DNA of 20,000 bases from Chiloscyllium plagiosum (Eukaryota): assembly GCF_004010195.1 (NCBI RefSeq), contig NC_057719.1, positions 53,894,756 to 53,914,755 on the forward strand. The letters run 5' to 3'. The translations under genes and the position numbers were made by a program. Below the pieces are notes generated by a model. The model searched no databases and was not told the origin of the DNA. It was given only the letters and a program-made list of their open reading frames with translations. Of this stretch, positions 19,522-20,000 are shown piece by piece; the stretch's first letter is position 1, and every line of letters starts with the position of its first letter.

Positions 19522-20000
19522 TATTATTTTTTTTTTGCTGTGTGATCAAAACAGAGAAGGGGAGGGTAGGAATCTCCTGTTTTTTATTTCTTTTTTTTCC
19601 CCACACTACCACCTAAGTGCGGTAGTGCTTATTTTTTTCCCCCAGCACCCATGGTGTGTGTATAGGTGTGAGACACAGTGAAAGACACACAGTGCACGAA
19701 TCTTTATTCAAATTCCACAACCAGGAAGATAGGAAAACACCCGGGTGGCCAATGATAAACACTGCCCTTCACATCAAAGGGCAGTGCTGTGTGATCAAAA
19801 CAGTGAAGGGGAGGGTAGGGACTAAATCAAAATAGTGTTGGAGGGAGAAATGATGCACTCCACTCCCTGCGGCGCCCACCTCTCCCTGAACAACTCCAGG
19901 GTGTTGGTCGACACCGCGTGCTCCTTCTCCAAGGACACCCGGGCCCGTATCCCTATTTATTTATTTTCTTTTTCCACCTAAGTGCAGTAGTGCTTATTTT
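19520..20000 (-). mobile_element. Head-to-tail stack of Tx1 3' fragments (35-nt piece; ORF2 end plus 3' UTR; a further 3' end running off the window)
   Basis: 19950-19822 encodes IRARVSLEKEHAVSTNTLELFRERWAPQGVECIISPSNTILI*. AATAAA at 19703-19708(-). 19537-19571 repeats 19786-19821, and 19974-20000 repeats 19609-19635. A-rich spacers lie between units. Confidence 0.82.

Overview
Vertebrate non-coding DNA, almost certainly a shark/elasmobranch intron or intergenic region (HE1-type V-SINE and SacSINE1-type Deu-SINE present). I can support no host protein-coding exon. The window is a stack of nested non-LTR retroelements: old L1, CR1/L2 and RTE remnants; Penelope-like elements (PLEs) with RT and/or GIY-YIG coding remnants and decayed minimal hammerhead ribozymes; and young GC-rich Tx1-clade pieces. 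One old RTE endonuclease region has been split three times: by a 4-kb fold-back PLE (12-bp TSD), by a complex Tx1 ORF1 insertion, and by a stack of Tx1 3'-end fragments. Two unexplained patterns stand out. (1) Two separate micro-cassettes share the format 5'-CAGGAGAT-[~30-35 nt internal Tx1 fragment]-A(n)TAATAA-3'; one lies between perfect 106-bp direct repeats of target DNA. (2) Three PLE insertions of 144 bp, 178 bp and 4 kb share one asymmetric inverted architecture: one arm stops at the same breakpoint and the other carries a 31-38 nt tail starting TCTG. Family names come from my recall of motifs and consensus sequences, not from a database search.
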